The translations under genes were made by a program, and so were the position numbers. This document shows positions 29,221-38,714 of a stretch of 64,000 nucleotides of DNA, in pieces (positions within the stretch are counted from its first letter, which is position 1; each line of letters starts with the position of its first letter). This stretch comes from Bacteriovoracia bacterium (GTDB lineage Bacteria; Bdellovibrionota; UBA1018; JBFWNL01): contig JBFWNL010000005.1 in assembly GCA_050251055.1 (NCBI GenBank), positions 192,001-256,000 of the forward strand, given 5' to 3'. The notes under the pieces were generated by a model. That model did no database searches. It was given only the letters and a program-made list of their open reading frames with translations, and was not told the DNA's origin.

Positions 29221-30162
29221 ATGTTTAACTATAATCACCTCTATTATTTTTATGTGACGGCGAAGTTGGGCGGCGTAATGAAAGCGGCGAAAGCGTTGCG
29301 GATCGCCCAGCCCGCCTTAAGCTCCCAGATCAAAACTTTGGAAACGCAGATAAAGCGGAAGCTTTTTCAGAAATCGGGACGCCGATTGGTGCTGACGGCC
29401 GTAGGGCATCGCGCCTTTGGTTTTTGCCGAAGGGCGTTTGAAGCAACCGAGGAGTTTTCGGATTATCTGAAGTATTCGGATCGAAATGTGCGTCCTCGCC
29501 TGAAGATGGGGGTTTCGCCCGAAATCGAGCGGCCTTTCCTGTCCGACGCGCTGAGCGCCATTTTGCGGGAGGACCCGCAGTCGGCACAAATTCCACTCGT
29601 CAGCATGCAAACAGCCTCGGCCGAAGTCTTGACGGAAAAACTCCGAACCCGGGAGTTGGACGCGGTGTTGACGGGAAAGCCCTTCTATTCGCCGGAAATT
29701 AAGACGGCCGTGGAAATGCAAATGCCCGTCGTCGCGGTCGCCACGCCAGTCTTTCTGAGAAAGGTAGGAATCTCTAGGCAGGGCACTTGGCCGGGCCTCT
29801 TGAAGCAATGGCCCCAAGTGGGGTTGGTGCTTCCCGCCGAGGCCTTACGGTTACGGATAGAAACGGATGTTCATCTGCAAAAAAACCGAGTTCGGAATCC
29901 GGTGGTGTTTGAGAGCGATATTTTGTCCGCCGTAATTCGCGCCGCCGTGGAAAGCGCCGGTATCGCCTTCTTACCGATTCCCTACATCCGAGCCGAGTTG
30001 AAGTCGGGGAAGTTGGTGGTCCTTGGACCTGGCGCGCCGCTTTGGCGGCATTCCGTTTATTTTTCCGTGTTGGGCACGAAGCGCGAGCCTTCGCTGTTGG
30101 ATCCCATCCAGCGGCATTTCGAGGCGATCGCGCGGGAGTGCCGACGGGACCGTCCGCGTTAA
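29221..30162 (+). CDS. LysR family regulator (NhaR-like)
   Basis: FNYNHLYYF...AQPALSSQIKTLE...LFQKSGRRLVLT. Confidence 0.92.
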   Translation: MFNYNHLYYFYVTAKLGGVMKAAKALRIAQPALSSQIKTLETQIKRKLFQKSGRRLVLTAVGHRAFGFCRRAFEATEEFSDYLKYSDRNVRPRLKMGVSPEIERPFLSDALSAILREDPQSAQIPLVSMQTASAEVLTEKLRTRELDAVLTGKPFYSPEIKTAVEMQMPVVAVATPVFLRKVGISRQGTWPGLLKQWPQVGLVLPAEALRLRIETDVHLQKNRVRNPVVFESDILSAVIRAAVESAGIAFLPIPYIRAELKSGKLVVLGPGAPLWRHSVYFSVLGTKREPSLLDPIQRHFEAIARECRRDRPR

Positions 30163-30599
30163 CTCACGGCGGGCCATGCCGTCACGAGCTTTCTAAGAAC
30201 CCATTGAATTCGGGTTTGCCTCTATCATCTAAGTCGATGATCCCCATAAGAGGGTGTGTTCTTCTTTGAATCATTCCTACCCGGAGAACGACCCCGAATG
30301 CGGTCGCTATTTGAGCTTCGGAATCAACGTGTCTCTGAAGTGCAACGATCTGTCGGCGGGACCGGTTCAATAGGTTGATCTATGGTCGGGGGTGGCTGGC
30401 CCTCTCGGGCCGGGCCGCCGAGCATGAATCGGATCAGTATACGCAGCGCTTCGTCGATAATTGTGCGTGGTCGCACATGGCGCAGACTAATAGCTCTTCT
30501 GCTTCGGCATCACGACGATTTCGACGGCCTCCTCGCGCGAATGGAAAAAAGATGGGGTGAAACCAGTTTGGTTTTGGGATAAGTTGTGCTTTTTAGAGG

Positions 30600-31049
30600 A
30601 TGAAAACTCATAAGGATTTAATCGCATTTCTAAAATCGAATAAGATGCGGGTCACGCCCGCTCGCCGTGTTTTGTTGCAGGTTATTTTGGATAATAAATC
30701 TCGCCAAATTTCCATCCAGGAAGTCCAGGGTTTTATGGCTAAACACCTCCGTGGCGTCGATCGGTCCTCCGTATATAGAAACATCGAAACTTTTCAACAG
30801 CTCGACATTATTCAAGAGATCAGTCTTCCCAAAGTGGGAAAGCGTTATCAGTACGTCTTCGACCGCAAAGTTCATCATTATTACATTTGCAAGTCATGTG
30901 GAAGGTCGCACCGGGGAAACCAAGAGCTGTTTGCAAAAATCGAAGAGGCACTTAGGGACGTGCACGGGTTTTTGAAGGCTAATCTTTCCGTTGTTTTTTA
31001 CGGACGGTGCGCGAAGTGTGCCGGCCGCAGTCCCGGCAAGAAATCCTAG
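30600..31049 (+). CDS. Fur family transcriptional regulator
   Basis: RVTPAR, SVYRNI, HHYYICKSCG and C-terminal CAKC. Confidence 0.9.
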   Translation: MKTHKDLIAFLKSNKMRVTPARRVLLQVILDNKSRQISIQEVQGFMAKHLRGVDRSSVYRNIETFQQLDIIQEISLPKVGKRYQYVFDRKVHHYYICKSCGRSHRGNQELFAKIEEALRDVHGFLKANLSVVFYGRCAKCAGRSPGKKS

Positions 31050-31052
31050 CGC

Positions 31053-31277
31053 CTATCGATCCCTTACGGAGAATATTTTGTGCTTCCCCTTGAATCCGGA
31101 AACGAGCTCAATCCCCCCCTTGGGGGAATTAAAGTAATCCGCAAGTAGTTCGCGGATTCTCTCATTCGCTTTCCCCTCCACGGGAGGGACGTGAACGCGC
31201 ACGATGTAGCTTCCATCGGGCAGCCTATCGACCGATTCAACCTTCGAGTTCGTTTTGACCTGAACGGAAATCTTCAT
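31053..31277 (-). CDS. DUF167 (YggU-like) protein
   Basis: VRVHVPPVEGKAN...ELVSG.K motifs. Confidence 0.88.
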   Translation of the reverse strand: MKISVQVKTNSKVESVDRLPDGSYIVRVHVPPVEGKANERIRELLADYFNSPKGGIELVSGFKGKHKIFSVRDR

Positions 31278-31283
31278 CTGCGA

Positions 31284-31640
31284 TCATGCTTTTCTGACGA
31301 ACTCGGACTTCAAGTTGATCGATCCAATCCCGTCCACCTTGCACGCGATGTTGTGCCCGTCGTCGCCGTCGGTAAGCCGGATATTCCTGACTTTGGTCCC
31401 CCCTTTGATTGAGCTGGAGGAGCCTTTGACCCTTAAATCCTTGAGAACGATTACGGAGTCGCCATCGGTCAATATATTCCCGTTCGCGTCTCGGATGGCG
31501 GGGCTTGAGGTTTCTTCGGGGGCAGTGCTTTCTGCGACCGCGTCTTTCGTCCACTCGTGGGCGCATTCCGGGCATACCCATAGGTCCCGATCGGGATAGA
31601 TATTTTCTGAATCGCATTTTGGACACCGATCTTGAGTCAT
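31284..31640 (-). CDS. phnA: PhnA/YjdM zinc-ribbon protein
   Basis: CPKCDSE...CPECAHEW, DANGN.L.DGD, LKSEFVRK. Confidence 0.92.
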   Translation of the reverse strand: MTQDRCPKCDSENIYPDRDLWVCPECAHEWTKDAVAESTAPEETSSPAIRDANGNILTDGDSVIVLKDLRVKGSSSSIKGGTKVRNIRLTDGDDGHNIACKVDGIGSINLKSEFVRKA

Positions 31641-31767
31641 GTCCTTCCTCCTTGCGTCGGATTTGGCAAACCATTATTGCAACAAGTTGCAATAATTGGC
31701 ACGGGTTTTTTTCCGGCGACCATATAGTAAGGAGATTCCCGGGGAGGGGGGGCGAGGTATAGCGCCG

Positions 31768-32463
31768 TCACTTCTTCCCGTACCAACCACAAATCATAAA
31801 CGCCTGAAAGAACCGGATTGGAATTTCGATTCCGGCTTGGCGGATAAGTGATTCAGTCTCAGCCGGCGATATAACCGTCAGCATATCCTTTATTTGATTC
31901 GGTAAATTTGCCAATGATTCTGGGGTAGCGCCCATCATCTCCTGCACCGATCCCCACTTCTGTAACATTGAAGGGAATTCGGTCGAATTAAGATCGAAGC
32001 TGATCTCCGTGGTGATAAAAATGCCGCCAACCCGCAGGTGAGCTACCATCTGACTTAAAAATCCGGACCTGTCTTCCCGCTTTACAAAATGAGCCACCAA
32101 GAAACTAAGCACCGCATCGTACTCGGCTTGCGGAGGTAAATCTTGCACATAGCCATGAACAAAATCGCAACGGTCTAAAATACCCGCTGCTTCCGTTCGC
32201 GCTTTGCACACGTTCAACATGGAAAGCGAGGGCTCTAACGCGACGAAACGCCAATGAGGAAAAACCTTAGCCAAAAAAATGATCTCGGCGCCAGTGCCTG
32301 CGCCCACGCAAAGTAAGCGAGCATTTTTCGGAAGTTCTTTTAAAACGAGCCCCGCCAGAAAATGCATGCAGCCAGAAATGCTGCTCAACTTGACGTTTCG
32401 CTCGTCATACTTCTGAGCGGCTTCTGCGGAAAAGAAATCTACTTGGGGTTTGCTCATAAACAA
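31768..32463 (-). CDS. Class I SAM-dependent methyltransferase
   Basis: LLCVGAGTG motif I; ALEPS..ML. Confidence 0.88.
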   Translation of the reverse strand: MFMSKPQVDFFSAEAAQKYDERNVKLSSISGCMHFLAGLVLKELPKNARLLCVGAGTGAEIIFLAKVFPHWRFVALEPSLSMLNVCKARTEAAGILDRCDFVHGYVQDLPPQAEYDAVLSFLVAHFVKREDRSGFLSQMVAHLRVGGIFITTEISFDLNSTEFPSMLQKWGSVQEMMGATPESLANLPNQIKDMLTVISPAETESLIRQAGIEIPIRFFQAFMICGWYGKK

Positions 32464-32688
32464 TAACTCATATTCGTTTTACGTTCGAATCCGGAGCCCA
32501 CCTCGCGGGCCCGAAATAACCGCACATGTCATGCCCGGCCAGGAAGGATGGGCTTAATGTATCATGAATTAGTGGGACAGGGGAGTCTCCTTTCGTATCT
32601 TGACGTTGGGTCCAGACGGTCCGCGATAGTGATTTGCTGTTTTTATTTTCATCATTTTTACGAAGCTGATTCTGGCTTGTGGATAGCT

Positions 32689-32726
32689 TGGAGGCCGAGT
32701 TTCAATTCTCGAACACGTGTGTCCGC
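32689..32726 (+). repeat. Degenerate att-like direct repeat, copy 1
   Basis: 28 of 38 positions identical to 34700-34737 by manual alignment. Confidence 0.6.
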
Positions 32727-32751
32727 AGCGCAATTTACAGAAGGATTAATC

Positions 32752-33645
32752 TTATCTTAAACTTTCGATTCCTTTGATTTTCGCCGTATCTCTTGCGGGC
32801 GATTCTCCAAAAAATCGAGTGTATTCTCGATTGAATTGCGAAGGACTTTGATAACCCACCTCATAGGCCGCAGTCCCAGCCGTGTAGCCCTCGAAAGCCA
32901 TGAGATTCCTAGCTTCGATCAGCCGAAGCTGTTTTTGAAACTGGATGGGACTCAATCCAGTGGCTCGCTTAAATTGTCGATGAAAAGTGTTGATAGCCAT
33001 ACCAGACTTTACAGCAGCTTCTTTGACATCAAGTGGTTTCATATAATGACTACGAAGCCATTGTACAGTTTGAGCGACCTGAAAAAAGTGACTCTTTCTT
33101 TTTCCAAGTTGTCTCAAATACCACCCCTGCGGTCCCATTAGAACTCGATACAAGATCTCTCGCTCATACGCAGGTGCGAGCGCCTTAATTTCATCGGGAT
33201 TCTTGGTTAGACGAAGCAATCGAAGCCACGCTTCCATTAGTTCGACCGACATTTCGCAACCCGAAAACTCTTCTTGCGGCACCGAGGGCAATTGGTCCGG
33301 GTTTATATCTCTCAATAAGATTTGCAAAATGCTATGGCTTATCTCGAGGCCTAACGAAATGTAAGGGCGACCATCATGGGTCGGATGCACGGCCCCCGTT
33401 GCCGGAATATGCAACGGTAGAACGAAGTAAGATGGCCCCTTTAAGGCCGCACTGCGTTCACCGACCGTTAGAATCTTTGTGCCTTGAATGGTGAATCCAA
33501 TCATCGGCTTATAGAGTGCGGCCAATTGATGGCTCGGCACGTTTCCTTGAATCATGAATAGTCCAGGGACCTGTGTTTCCAGTGGTCGAGATCCCGCGTG
33601 TTTCGTCAGTTCAATGATTTCAGCTAAAATCTCTTTTTTTTTCAT
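32752..33645 (-). CDS. AraC family regulator (AraC_N domain)
   Basis: REILYRVL, SPIQFQKQLRL, VGYQSPSQFNREY. Confidence 0.93.
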   Translation of the reverse strand: MKKKEILAEIIELTKHAGSRPLETQVPGLFMIQGNVPSHQLAALYKPMIGFTIQGTKILTVGERSAALKGPSYFVLPLHIPATGAVHPTHDGRPYISLGLEISHSILQILLRDINPDQLPSVPQEEFSGCEMSVELMEAWLRLLRLTKNPDEIKALAPAYEREILYRVLMGPQGWYLRQLGKRKSHFFQVAQTVQWLRSHYMKPLDVKEAAVKSGMAINTFHRQFKRATGLSPIQFQKQLRLIEARNLMAFEGYTAGTAAYEVGYQSPSQFNREYTRFFGESPARDTAKIKGIESLR

Positions 33646-33857
33646 AGATTCATATTACCCAACTTCTCACGGGACCGCCAGTTAGTTCTTAGATGGCCAG
33701 ATATTTTTAGGCTATTATATATGTAAAAATATATTAAAAATTTACACATTTTTATAAATAAGGCATTTTTAGGCAATTTAAAGGCACCATCGGATCTGGC
33801 GCAATTCATTGAAAATTACGAAGATAAAGTCAAGAAGTAGGCGACCTCACTAAAGGA

Positions 33858-34619
33858 GTGACAATGAAAATCGCAATCGTAACTGGTGGAAGCAACGGGA
33901 TTGGAAAAGCAACGGCTCTCGAACTTGGAAGACGTGGAATTAGTGTCATCCTCACTTACAGCTCTTACAAAGATCGAGCAGAGGCCGTTGTTCAAGAGAT
34001 CGAGAAAAATAACGGAGTTCGTGCCGTGGCTCTAAAACTAGATCTAACCGAACGATCTACTTTTGATGCTTTTGCGCAAACAGTTAAGCGGTCCTTAAAG
34101 GAAATATGGAATCGAACGGACTTCGACTACTTGGTCAACAACGGTGGCGTGGGTGGGCCATGCCCAATTGGTGAAATGTCCGAAGAGTATTTTGACAAAA
34201 TCATGAACACAAATTATAAGGGCACGGTTTTTCTCACCAAGCATCTCATGTCAATTATTGTGGACGGCGGCTCTATCGTAAACACGACGAGCTCTTCAAA
34301 AAGTCAGTCATTTCCCGGTTATTCTGTTTATGGCTCACTCAAAGCAGCACTGTCTGTTTGGACCCGCTATGCGGCAAAAGAATTTGCACCACGAAGGATA
34401 CGTGTGAACGCCGTTTCTCCGGGACCGACTCACACCAATTTTGGGGGCGGAGTTATGGATAAGCACCCAGAATTTCTAAAACCACTTGCAGAGCAAACAG
34501 CTTTTGGTCGAATTGGTTTGCCTGATGATCTTGGGAAGGTTATCGCCAATTTACTATCGGATGATTTTGGATGGGTTACCGCTCAGGATATTGAAGTTTC
34601 TGGCGGGCACTTACTCTAA
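33858..34619 (+). CDS. SDR family oxidoreductase
   Basis: TGGSNGIG, LVNNG, YGSLK, RVNAVSPG; divergent from AraC. Confidence 0.93.
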   Translation: MTMKIAIVTGGSNGIGKATALELGRRGISVILTYSSYKDRAEAVVQEIEKNNGVRAVALKLDLTERSTFDAFAQTVKRSLKEIWNRTDFDYLVNNGGVGGPCPIGEMSEEYFDKIMNTNYKGTVFLTKHLMSIIVDGGSIVNTTSSSKSQSFPGYSVYGSLKAALSVWTRYAAKEFAPRRIRVNAVSPGPTHTNFGGGVMDKHPEFLKPLAEQTAFGRIGLPDDLGKVIANLLSDDFGWVTAQDIEVSGGHLL

Positions 34620-34644
34620 CCAAAATTGAATCATTTTGTCGTTT

Positions 34645-34684
34645 AAAAGAGAACCCAGAATCCTATGCGGACTTCTGGGTTCTC
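34645..34684 (-). terminator. Rho-independent terminator following a tmRNA/tRNA-like 3' end
   Basis: GAGAACCCAGAA...TTCTGGGTTCTC 12-bp stem with T-tract on minus strand. Confidence 0.7.
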
Positions 34685-34696
34685 AAACTGATTATT

Positions 34697-34737
34697 TGGT
34701 GGAGGCCAAGACTCGATTGTCGAACCCGGAGTTCCGC
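34697..34737 (-). repeat. att-like site: tmRNA/tRNA-Ala-like 3' remnant (GGGTTCGA...GGCCTCCACCA), copy 2
   Basis: Minus strand reads GGGTTCGACAATCGAGTCTTGGCCTCCACCA then a terminator; no complete RNA gene. Confidence 0.6.
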
Positions 34738-34791
34738 GCCCCCCAATGACGACCTAATTTACACCAAATACCCAAGCATTGTCACCTGGCT

Positions 34792-35484
34792 TCAGCCTGA
34801 GGTCACTAAGCGATAACCGACTCCTGGTTCGGTAACTATTAGCTCTGGAACCGACTCATCGACTTGGAGTTTCTTTCTAATCTGCCCCATGTACACTCGC
34901 AAATACTGAGTGTGCTCAACCGAGTTGGGTCCCCATACCGTGTTCAACAGCATTCGATGGGTCACAACTTTTCCAGCATTGTCGACCAGAACTTTAAGTA
35001 GATCGTATTCGGTTGCGGTTAGCTTTATGAGCTTGCCTTTGACCTTTACCGTATGGCCCGCACGATCTACTTCAAGGGGGCCTTCTTTGAATAAAGGAGT
35101 TCCTTGTCCCTCGTGAGCGTGTCTAAGTGCGACTCGTATTCGCGCCAGAAGTTCGGGAACACTAAAAGGTTTCGTCAGATAGTCATCAGCCCCATGATCG
35201 AGAGCTTTCACTTTGTCTTCATCCGCGTCCTGAACTGTCAGGACGATGATCGGTATTTTGCTCCACTCCCGAAGCTCCCTTAAGACCTCGTGACCACTTC
35301 TATCAGGCAATCCAAGATCAAGAATAACAAGGTCAGGGCGGAACGCGATTGCAGACTGAATACCCTCTTGTGCCGAGTGGGCTTCACCGACCTCATATTG
35401 ACCGGATTCAAGACTTGCTCGTAAGAACTTACAGATAGAAGTCTCGTCATCAATAACTAGGATTTTGCTTTTCACATTTTTCAT
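34792..35484 (-). CDS. kdpE: Response regulator KdpE
   Basis: DLVILDLGLPD, LREWS, VVTHRMLL..VWG, YLRVYMGQIR. Confidence 0.96.
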   Translation of the reverse strand: MKNVKSKILVIDDETSICKFLRASLESGQYEVGEAHSAQEGIQSAIAFRPDLVILDLGLPDRSGHEVLRELREWSKIPIIVLTVQDADEDKVKALDHGADDYLTKPFSVPELLARIRVALRHAHEGQGTPLFKEGPLEVDRAGHTVKVKGKLIKLTATEYDLLKVLVDNAGKVVTHRMLLNTVWGPNSVEHTQYLRVYMGQIRKKLQVDESVPELIVTEPGVGYRLVTSG

Positions 35485-38171
35485 GGTCTTCCCTCAAGCA
35501 TATTGTTCGGGAGATCGGATGTCTTCAGTTCTATCGTAAATGTCGCACCCGTGCGATCGATTCGATTACCGGCAGCAATTGAACCGCCATGTGCGTCCAC
35601 AATACTTTTAGCTATTGATAAACCAAGCCCAGTTCCTCCTGGGGGTGAACCGGAAACACGATGAAATTTGTCAAAGATACGTCCAAGCTCCGCCTCTGGA
35701 ATTCCTCTGCCCTCATCGGTAACTTCGATTTTTGCCTTTCCATCACTACCAGCTGTGGTAACTGTAATCTTCGTTCCTGGCTGAGAGTAGGTGACGGCGT
35801 TGACAAGCAAATTCGCGAGGCTGTGTTCAAGCAGGCGATCGTCGCCCTCACAAAAGATGTCCTTTTGAGATAGTTTAAGTTCTAGTTTATGGTTTGAGAA
35901 GAGTCTCTCAGACCTTCGAGCCGTCACTCGAACAAGATCATTCAAATCAAACAATTCTCGCTTAATAGTGAGCACCCCCGAACTGAGACGGGACATATCG
36001 AGAAGGTTTTCGACAACACGATTAAGACGGTCCGCCGATCCTACAAGCTCCTGAGTGAGCGTTAAACGAGCCTCTTCTCTTGCAGCTGTTGCTGGGTCCT
36101 GGAGGGCTGTTGAAGCACCGATGATGCTGGTAAGTGGAGTTCTGAGCTCATGAGAAACAGAGTTAAGAATAGTTTGATGAAGTTTTTCCGATTCGCGAAG
36201 AAGGTTCGCTGACTGTGCCTGCTCCTCGAATCGACTACGCTCCAAAGTTATTGCGAGTTGGTTTGCAATCGTATCAAGCAGGTTTTCTTGGTCTAACGAA
36301 AGGGTCAATTCCTTTTTAGAGAACAGAACTAAAACTCCCACTGGATGATTACGCCCAAGGAGCGGTAAGCAGAGACACTTGCTTGATACGAGGGTGTCTG
36401 TTCCCTGGCCGGATTTCTTCTTATGAAGAAAACACCAAGTAGCAACAGCAAAGTCCTTCTCTGATAACTTGCTTGCTCCTATATTTATTGGATCATCTGT
36501 CAGTGTTCCTTCTGCTTTCTCGACGAGGATGGCTACCCTAGCATTAAATAGTCGCTCGATGCAGTTACTTGCGCGATTGGCGATCTGCTTTTCATCCTCC
36601 GCTTCGGCAAACTCTTTAGCAAGTTCGTAGAGAATATTAGAGCGATGCTCTCTTTGCATGAGGTCCGCTTCCTGTCTGCGTATTCTTTTGGTCAAGTATC
36701 CGGCCACAATGGCGACTACGAACAAGACCAAACACATCATGGCATCTTCTGGTTCAGAAATTACAAAGGTGTAAAGCGGGGGCATGAAAAAGAAATTCCA
36801 CACGAGCGCACTTAATATTGCCGAGAATAGAATGGGACCAAAAGTAGAAAGAGATGCAACCACGAGCACCAGCAGAAGAAAAATAAATCCGACGGCACGA
36901 TAGCCAATGTAGTCTTTAATGGCATAGCTAAAAAAAGCCACACCAAAGAAAAACCACAAAGTATTCCAGTAGGGGATAAAACCAGTTTCAATTTTGGGCC
37001 AGGGGAATTTGAACCCTCTGAACATGGGTTTTCGCTCTTGGCGAATCACATGCACGTCAATTTCACTTGTTTCTCGAACGAGCTGGTCAAGCACCGTTCC
37101 TCTAGCTAGAAGATCGCGGAAAAACCTCCGATCCGGTCGCCCCATAACTATCTGAGAGACATTCTTTTCCAGTGCAACTCGCTTGAGTGCATTGGAAATT
37201 CTCAAATCTCTCGTTGTGACAATCTCAGCCCCAAGCTCCTTTGCTAGATTGATATTTTTTTTCAAAGTCTCTCGGTCTTCTTCGTTGAGTCTTTCTCCAG
37301 TATCCACATAAAGCGCGATCCAAGGGGCTTCTAAATTATACGCTTTACGTCTTGCCGCGCGGATCAATCTTCCCGAATAAGGGCTATGACTGATTGCAAC
37401 CATCAGCCTTTCGTTGGTCTTCCATGGTCCGACGATCCCCTTAACCGTCATTGAATCCTTCAGCTCAGTGTCGACCTTTTCAGCGGTGAAACGAAGTGCT
37501 AGTTCCCTTAAGGCTGTTAAATTTTCTTCTTTAAAGAAGTTTTTTGCCGCTTGTTCTGCGCGTTCACCAAGATAGACCTTGCCCTCTTTCAGTCGTTTGA
37601 GCAGTTCTTGCGGTGAGAGGTCGATCAACTCAAGTTGGTTGGCAAACTCTAAAATTGAATCGGGGACGGTCTCTTTAATAGGAACGCCGGTAATCTTCTG
37701 AACTAAGTCAGCACGACTTTCTATGTGTTGAACATTGAGGGTTGTATATACATTGATCCCAGAATTAAGAAGCTCTTCCACATCTTGGTATCTCTTGGGA
37801 TGTCGGCTTCCGGGCGCATTCGTGTGTGCAAGTTCATCAACCAATACAAGGGGCGGCTTCTCTTTCAAAATGCGATCGATGTCCATTTCTTCAAAGACGG
37901 TGCCCTTGTATTCGATCTTTTTTCTTGGAATGATTTCCATGCCGTGAAGAAGAGATTCGGTATCTGCTCTTTTGTGGGTCTCTACCAGACCAACAGCTAC
38001 TTTGACTCCAGATCGCATTTGCTCTTGAGCAGCCCTAAGCATGGAGTAGGTTTTACCGACACCTGGACACATACCAAAAAAGATACGCAGATGCCCTCGC
38101 TCCTTACGCTTCTCAGCTTTCTTAATTGAACTGAGGAGTTCATCTGGATTGGGTCTGCGATCTTGGCTCAT
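35481..38171 (-). CDS. kdpD: Sensor histidine kinase KdpD
   Basis: RPNPDELL, GVGKTYSML, LVDELAHTN, LRELALR, 4 TM, SHELRTPL. Confidence 0.97.
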   Translation of the reverse strand: MSQDRRPNPDELLSSIKKAEKRKERGHLRIFFGMCPGVGKTYSMLRAAQEQMRSGVKVAVGLVETHKRADTESLLHGMEIIPRKKIEYKGTVFEEMDIDRILKEKPPLVLVDELAHTNAPGSRHPKRYQDVEELLNSGINVYTTLNVQHIESRADLVQKITGVPIKETVPDSILEFANQLELIDLSPQELLKRLKEGKVYLGERAEQAAKNFFKEENLTALRELALRFTAEKVDTELKDSMTVKGIVGPWKTNERLMVAISHSPYSGRLIRAARRKAYNLEAPWIALYVDTGERLNEEDRETLKKNINLAKELGAEIVTTRDLRISNALKRVALEKNVSQIVMGRPDRRFFRDLLARGTVLDQLVRETSEIDVHVIRQERKPMFRGFKFPWPKIETGFIPYWNTLWFFFGVAFFSYAIKDYIGYRAVGFIFLLLVLVVASLSTFGPILFSAILSALVWNFFFMPPLYTFVISEPEDAMMCLVLFVVAIVAGYLTKRIRRQEADLMQREHRSNILYELAKEFAEAEDEKQIANRASNCIERLFNARVAILVEKAEGTLTDDPINIGASKLSEKDFAVATWCFLHKKKSGQGTDTLVSSKCLCLPLLGRNHPVGVLVLFSKKELTLSLDQENLLDTIANQLAITLERSRFEEQAQSANLLRESEKLHQTILNSVSHELRTPLTSIIGASTALQDPATAAREEARLTLTQELVGSADRLNRVVENLLDMSRLSSGVLTIKRELFDLNDLVRVTARRSERLFSNHKLELKLSQKDIFCEGDDRLLEHSLANLLVNAVTYSQPGTKITVTTAGSDGKAKIEVTDEGRGIPEAELGRIFDKFHRVSGSPPGGTGLGLSIAKSIVDAHGGSIAAGNRIDRTGATFTIELKTSDLPNNMLEGRP

Positions 38172-38174
38172 AAA

Positions 38175-38714
38175 CTAAAACCTCTCATCGAGTGCGAGGT
38201 TAAGTTTGAGGACATTGACCCGAGGTTCACCTAAGACGCCAAACTGACGCCCCTCAATAAACGATGCCACCAGCCTACGCAGCTCGGCGATGTGATTCTC
38301 CTCCAGATCCCTTGCCTTAGCAATTCTTTCCAGCTGAAGCATCGCGGCCTTTGGAGAAATATGAGGGTCTAAGCCACTTGCAGAGGCAAACAGAAGGTCA
38401 TACTCCAATCCTTGCGCCTTTCTCTCGGCTACTTTGGACTGGAGGTCTTTACTTGTCGGCCCGAGGTTTGTCCCTCCTGACGGCATTGGATTGTAATCAA
38501 TTGCCGATGGGCGAGACCAAAAGTATTTTTCGCTCCTGAAACTCTGACCGATGAGTTCTGATCCCACAGCCTTGCCGCTTCGTTCGATGAGAGAACCACC
38601 GACTTGTCGAGCGAAAAGAGCCTTGGCAATCCCGGTGACTGCAAGCGGATAAATCACCCCGGTGAGAACTGTGAAAACTATAAGTAACCGAATTCCAATC
38701 AAAATGTTTTTCAT
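38175..38714 (-). CDS. kdpC: K+-transporting ATPase subunit C
   Basis: [30 protein letters not shown]. Confidence 0.96.
   Translation of the reverse strand: MKNILIGIRLLIVFTVLTGVIYPLAVTGIAKALFARQVGGSLIERSGKAVGSELIGQSFRSEKYFWSRPSAIDYNPMPSGGTNLGPTSKDLQSKVAERKAQGLEYDLLFASASGLDPHISPKAAMLQLERIAKARDLEENHIAELRRLVASFIEGRQFGVLGEPRVNVLKLNLALDERF

Noticed and set aside
30170-30590. Short ORF fragments in several frames, possibly a decayed gene
   Set aside because: No recognisable family; cannot support a pseudogene call without a search
32483-32512. GTTCGAATCC T-loop-like motif
   Set aside because: No cloverleaf or CCA end around it
34697-34790. Possible complete tRNA/tmRNA gene
   Set aside because: Only a 3'-end-like fragment; T-arm spacing is wrong and there is no matching 5' half
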